A stretch of DNA of 64,000 nucleotides, taken from a virus. Below are positions 61,595-64,000 of this stretch, in pieces. Every line of letters starts with the position of its first letter. The stretch's first letter is position 1. Below the pieces are notes generated by a model. It saw only the letters and a program-made list of their open reading frames with translations, had not been told where the DNA came from and did no database searches. The translations under genes and the position numbers were made by a program. The stretch spans positions 25,221 to 89,220 of IMG/VR virus record IMGVR_UViG_3300015371_000008. The stretch is one strand, 5' to 3'.

Positions 61595-61679
61595 CTGTGC
61601 GTGTTCGCGCGCACGGTGATGTCCGCAACGAGTGGCCGGATGGGTCGTGGTTCTCTCCTTTTCCTGGTGGAGGGCCCTT

Positions 61680-61860
61680 GATCGGGTGTCAGACGGCAGG
61701 TGTCTGACACCCGATCGGCGGGGTGTCAGACACCCAAGATCGTAACTCTGAGTGAAAAACTGGGGCTTTTGTCACAGTTTGTCACCGAGTGTCCGTCTGA
61801 CACCTGCAGAAAATCACACCAGACATCACCAGACAGGCATCTAACAGGCATTCCTAACAG
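61680..61860. repeat. Cluster of GTCAGAC/GTCTGAC/AGACA repeats downstream of traB (clt-like position)
   Basis: GATCGGGTGTCAGAC..GTCTGACACCCGATC inverted repeat; further TCAGACACC, TCTGACACC, CACCAGACA x2, CTAACAG x2. Confidence 0.6.
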
Positions 61861-61875
61861 TTGGAGTTGAAAGCC

Positions 61876-63027
61876 ATGAACACCCCACACGCCCCCGACG
61901 ACGCGCACTCCACCGGCTACTGGTGGTTCGTCATGCTGGTCATGGGCGGATTGTCGCTGACCTTCAACCTGTGGATGGTCATCGACCCCCCAGAGAGCGT
62001 CACCGCAGGTCAGGCGGCCACCAACATGATCCTGGGGGTCATCGTGCACGCCTCGCCGGTGCTGCTGTCCGGCATCGTGTCGCACGGCTTCAAAACCCCC
62101 CTGCTGGGCAAGTGGGAGCGCCGCGTCATCATCGGCCTGTTCCTGCTCTTCATGGTCATGTCGATCTCCCATCAGGCCGAACTGCTGGAGCGGGGCGCAC
62201 ATCTGGACTGGGCGTGGGCGTGGTCCCTGCCCGCTGCCATCGACACCATCGCCATGCTCGCATTGCGGGCGATCCTGAACGCCCACCGGCTCAACAAGGA
62301 GGCGGCCACGGCGAGGGACATCGCCGCCGAGCGGGCCGCCATCGAGGCAGACATCCGGCCGGACATCGAGGCGGACATCCGCCGCCAATTCGAGGGACAT
62401 CTGCCCGCCGTTCGCAGGGACATGGAGGCGGACATCTGGAGGGACATCTTCAGGGACATCGGGGTGGACAACCCGGTGGACACCGGGGGGGACACCGACC
62501 GGAATCTGCCCGCTCTCGTCGAGCTGATTCAGGAGGACATCCTGCGCCGGAGGGAGGCGGAATTCGCCGCCCGCGACAGGGACATGTCCCAGCGGTGGGA
62601 GTTGGAGCGGGTGGACTTCGAAGACCGCATCCGGGCTGAGGAGCAGGAGGCGGCGATGGAGCGGTGGCAGCAGCAGGAAGAGACTTTGGCGTCCCAAATT
62701 GAGTTTCGCTTGCGGCGGGAGCTGCGGCCTGGTAAGGGCTCCGGCAGTCAGACGGCCGGACGGCGGGCCATCCCTGCCGCCAAGGACGCTGCACCCAAGG
62801 TCAGCCAGGAAAAGGGGATGGAGATCGTCCGCCAGGCGCTGGAGGACGGCGACACCCTGACGAACGGCGAACTCGCCGGAATGATCGGCGTCAGCACGAA
62901 AACGGTCGGCCGGTACAAGAAGATTTTGCGAGCCGAAATGGGGTTGGCGCCCAACGCCGACGACGAACTGGACGACGAAGCCGACGGCGACGCAGGGCAT
63001 GGCCTGGGATCCCTTCGGGCCGTGTGA
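61876..63027 (+). CDS. SpdB/DUF2637-like membrane protein with coiled coil and C-terminal HTH
   Basis: Four TM helices (SISHQAEL..AWSLPAAID), coiled coil, LTNGELAGMIGVSTKTVGRYK HTH. Confidence 0.75.
   Translation: MNTPHAPDDAHSTGYWWFVMLVMGGLSLTFNLWMVIDPPESVTAGQAATNMILGVIVHASPVLLSGIVSHGFKTPLLGKWERRVIIGLFLLFMVMSISHQAELLERGAHLDWAWAWSLPAAIDTIAMLALRAILNAHRLNKEAATARDIAAERAAIEADIRPDIEADIRRQFEGHLPAVRRDMEADIWRDIFRDIGVDNPVDTGGDTDRNLPALVELIQEDILRRREAEFAARDRDMSQRWELERVDFEDRIRAEEQEAAMERWQQQEETLASQIEFRLRRELRPGKGSGSQTAGRRAIPAAKDAAPKVSQEKGMEIVRQALEDGDTLTNGELAGMIGVSTKTVGRYKKILRAEMGLAPNADDELDDEADGDAGHGLGSLRAV
62316..62495 (+). repeat. 12-bp-period GGACAN array inside the SpdB-like gene
   Basis: GGACA at 62418, 62430, 62442, 62454, 62466, 62478, 62490; related copies at 62316, 62349 (AGACA), 62361, 62373, 62395. 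Confidence 0.8.
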
Positions 63028-63035
63028 CCGCCGCC

Positions 63036-63310
63036 ATGTCCGCGCCGCAGCCGAGCACTGTCCCGCCCCGGATGTCCCTCACCGGACGGGACAGTGTCCC
63101 GGCCGGTGTCCCTCTGAAAGTCCACCCGATGTCCTCATGGATGTCCTCATGGATGTCCTCATGGATGTCCCACCCGATGTCCCACCCGACGTCCCCCTCG
63201 TGTCCCTCCGAATGTCCCTGTCTCCAGGGCCGGATGTCCCACCCCCGAAACCCCGCCCTGTCCCTCCTCTGTCCCCCGTCCGGCGGCCCCGATGTCCGTC
63301 CGGATGTCCA
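63036..63310 (-). repeat. 12-bp-period ATGTCC (GGACAT on minus strand) intergenic array, clt/TRS-like
   Basis: GATGTCCTCATG x3, GATGTCCCACCC x2 and more than 10 further TGTCC copies. Confidence 0.85.
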
Positions 63311-63331
63311 CCCCACCCGAAGGAGAAATTC

Positions 63332-63994
63332 ATGACCATCACCACCACCGCAGGCGTCCGTGAGTCGTTCACCACGACGCTCGGCTACGACGCCGACGTA
63401 ACCCCGGTCACCGTCCGCGCGTCCGGCAACATCCTCATCCAGGGCTACACCGGCTCCGGTAAGTCGTACGTGCTGGACTGCCTGGGCAAGCAGTGGCGCT
63501 CCCAGGGCGCCGACGTCACCGAGGTTCGCTCCGATAGTTGGTACGCGCTGCACCGCAACGGCGAGGCGCGTCATCTCGGCATCGGCCAGGTGACGGAGAT
63601 GCTATGCGACCTGGCCCAGTCGTTGCGCTACAGCAACCGATCGGCCGAACCGTCCATCCTCATCCTGGAGGACCTCAACCTGACCAGCAGGGCGGTGTTC
63701 GAGCCGGTCGAGGCGATCCTGCGGCTCGGCCGGGGGAGCAACATGCACGTCGTCCTGTCCACTCAGCCAATCCACGGCCTGCTGGAGCGGCTGCGCAAGC
63801 TGTGCGCCACCACCGTCTACATGGATCCCAGTCGGGACTACGACGTGCCGGAGGAGGTGATGGAGCGGGCTCTGGCGCGGGCGGGCGTCTGGCACGACGG
63901 CGCCCTGCCGACCGGGCCGGGTTCGTTCATCGTCGCCAACGGCCGCTGTGACGTCGGTAGGGTCGTCGCGGAACCGAAGGAGGAGCGCCGGTGA
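63332..63994 (+). CDS. FtsK-like P-loop ATPase domain protein
   Basis: ILIQGYTGSGKS, ILILED, LRLGRGSNMHVVLSTQ; AAGGAG RBS. Confidence 0.75.
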   Translation: MTITTTAGVRESFTTTLGYDADVTPVTVRASGNILIQGYTGSGKSYVLDCLGKQWRSQGADVTEVRSDSWYALHRNGEARHLGIGQVTEMLCDLAQSLRYSNRSAEPSILILEDLNLTSRAVFEPVEAILRLGRGSNMHVVLSTQPIHGLLERLRKLCATTVYMDPSRDYDVPEEVMERALARAGVWHDGALPTGPGSFIVANGRCDVGRVVAEPKEERR

Positions 63995-64000
63995 CGAAGC

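Overview
High-GC (~70%) actinomycete mobile element, most likely part of a large phage or phage-plasmid. About 100 mostly short genes are transcribed leftward from ~55.2 kb to the window start, and rightward after that. Recognisable modules: the DnaB N-terminus at the left edge; minor tail/structural genes; ssb; an amidase endolysin; a terminase-small-subunit-like gene; a 7-deazaguanine DNA-modification cluster (ParB-like, TGT/DpdA-like, queC, queD, queE, folE); SLOG, DEDDh exonuclease, SNF2 helicase, ParA, methyltransferase, NUDT9-like Nudix and M48 protease genes; and, at the right end, a Streptomyces-type conjugation module (GntR, traA, traB, SpdB/DUF2637-like, second FtsK-like ATPase) with polar repeat arrays. 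The most striking signal is non-coding and has three layers. (1) About 26 sigma70-type promoters share a CTAAATG box fixed 4 nt upstream of the -10. (2) About 35 leader motifs GAGCGA(C) sit just before the RBS, mostly in the loop of a hairpin whose stem sequence varies but stays paired. (3) Twelve 42-48 nt tRNA-like three-way-junction elements with covarying stems lie between a stop codon and the next leader. All calls come from manual motif reading; no database searches or folding programs were run. Several starts were moved downstream of the ORF-track start to match an RBS.
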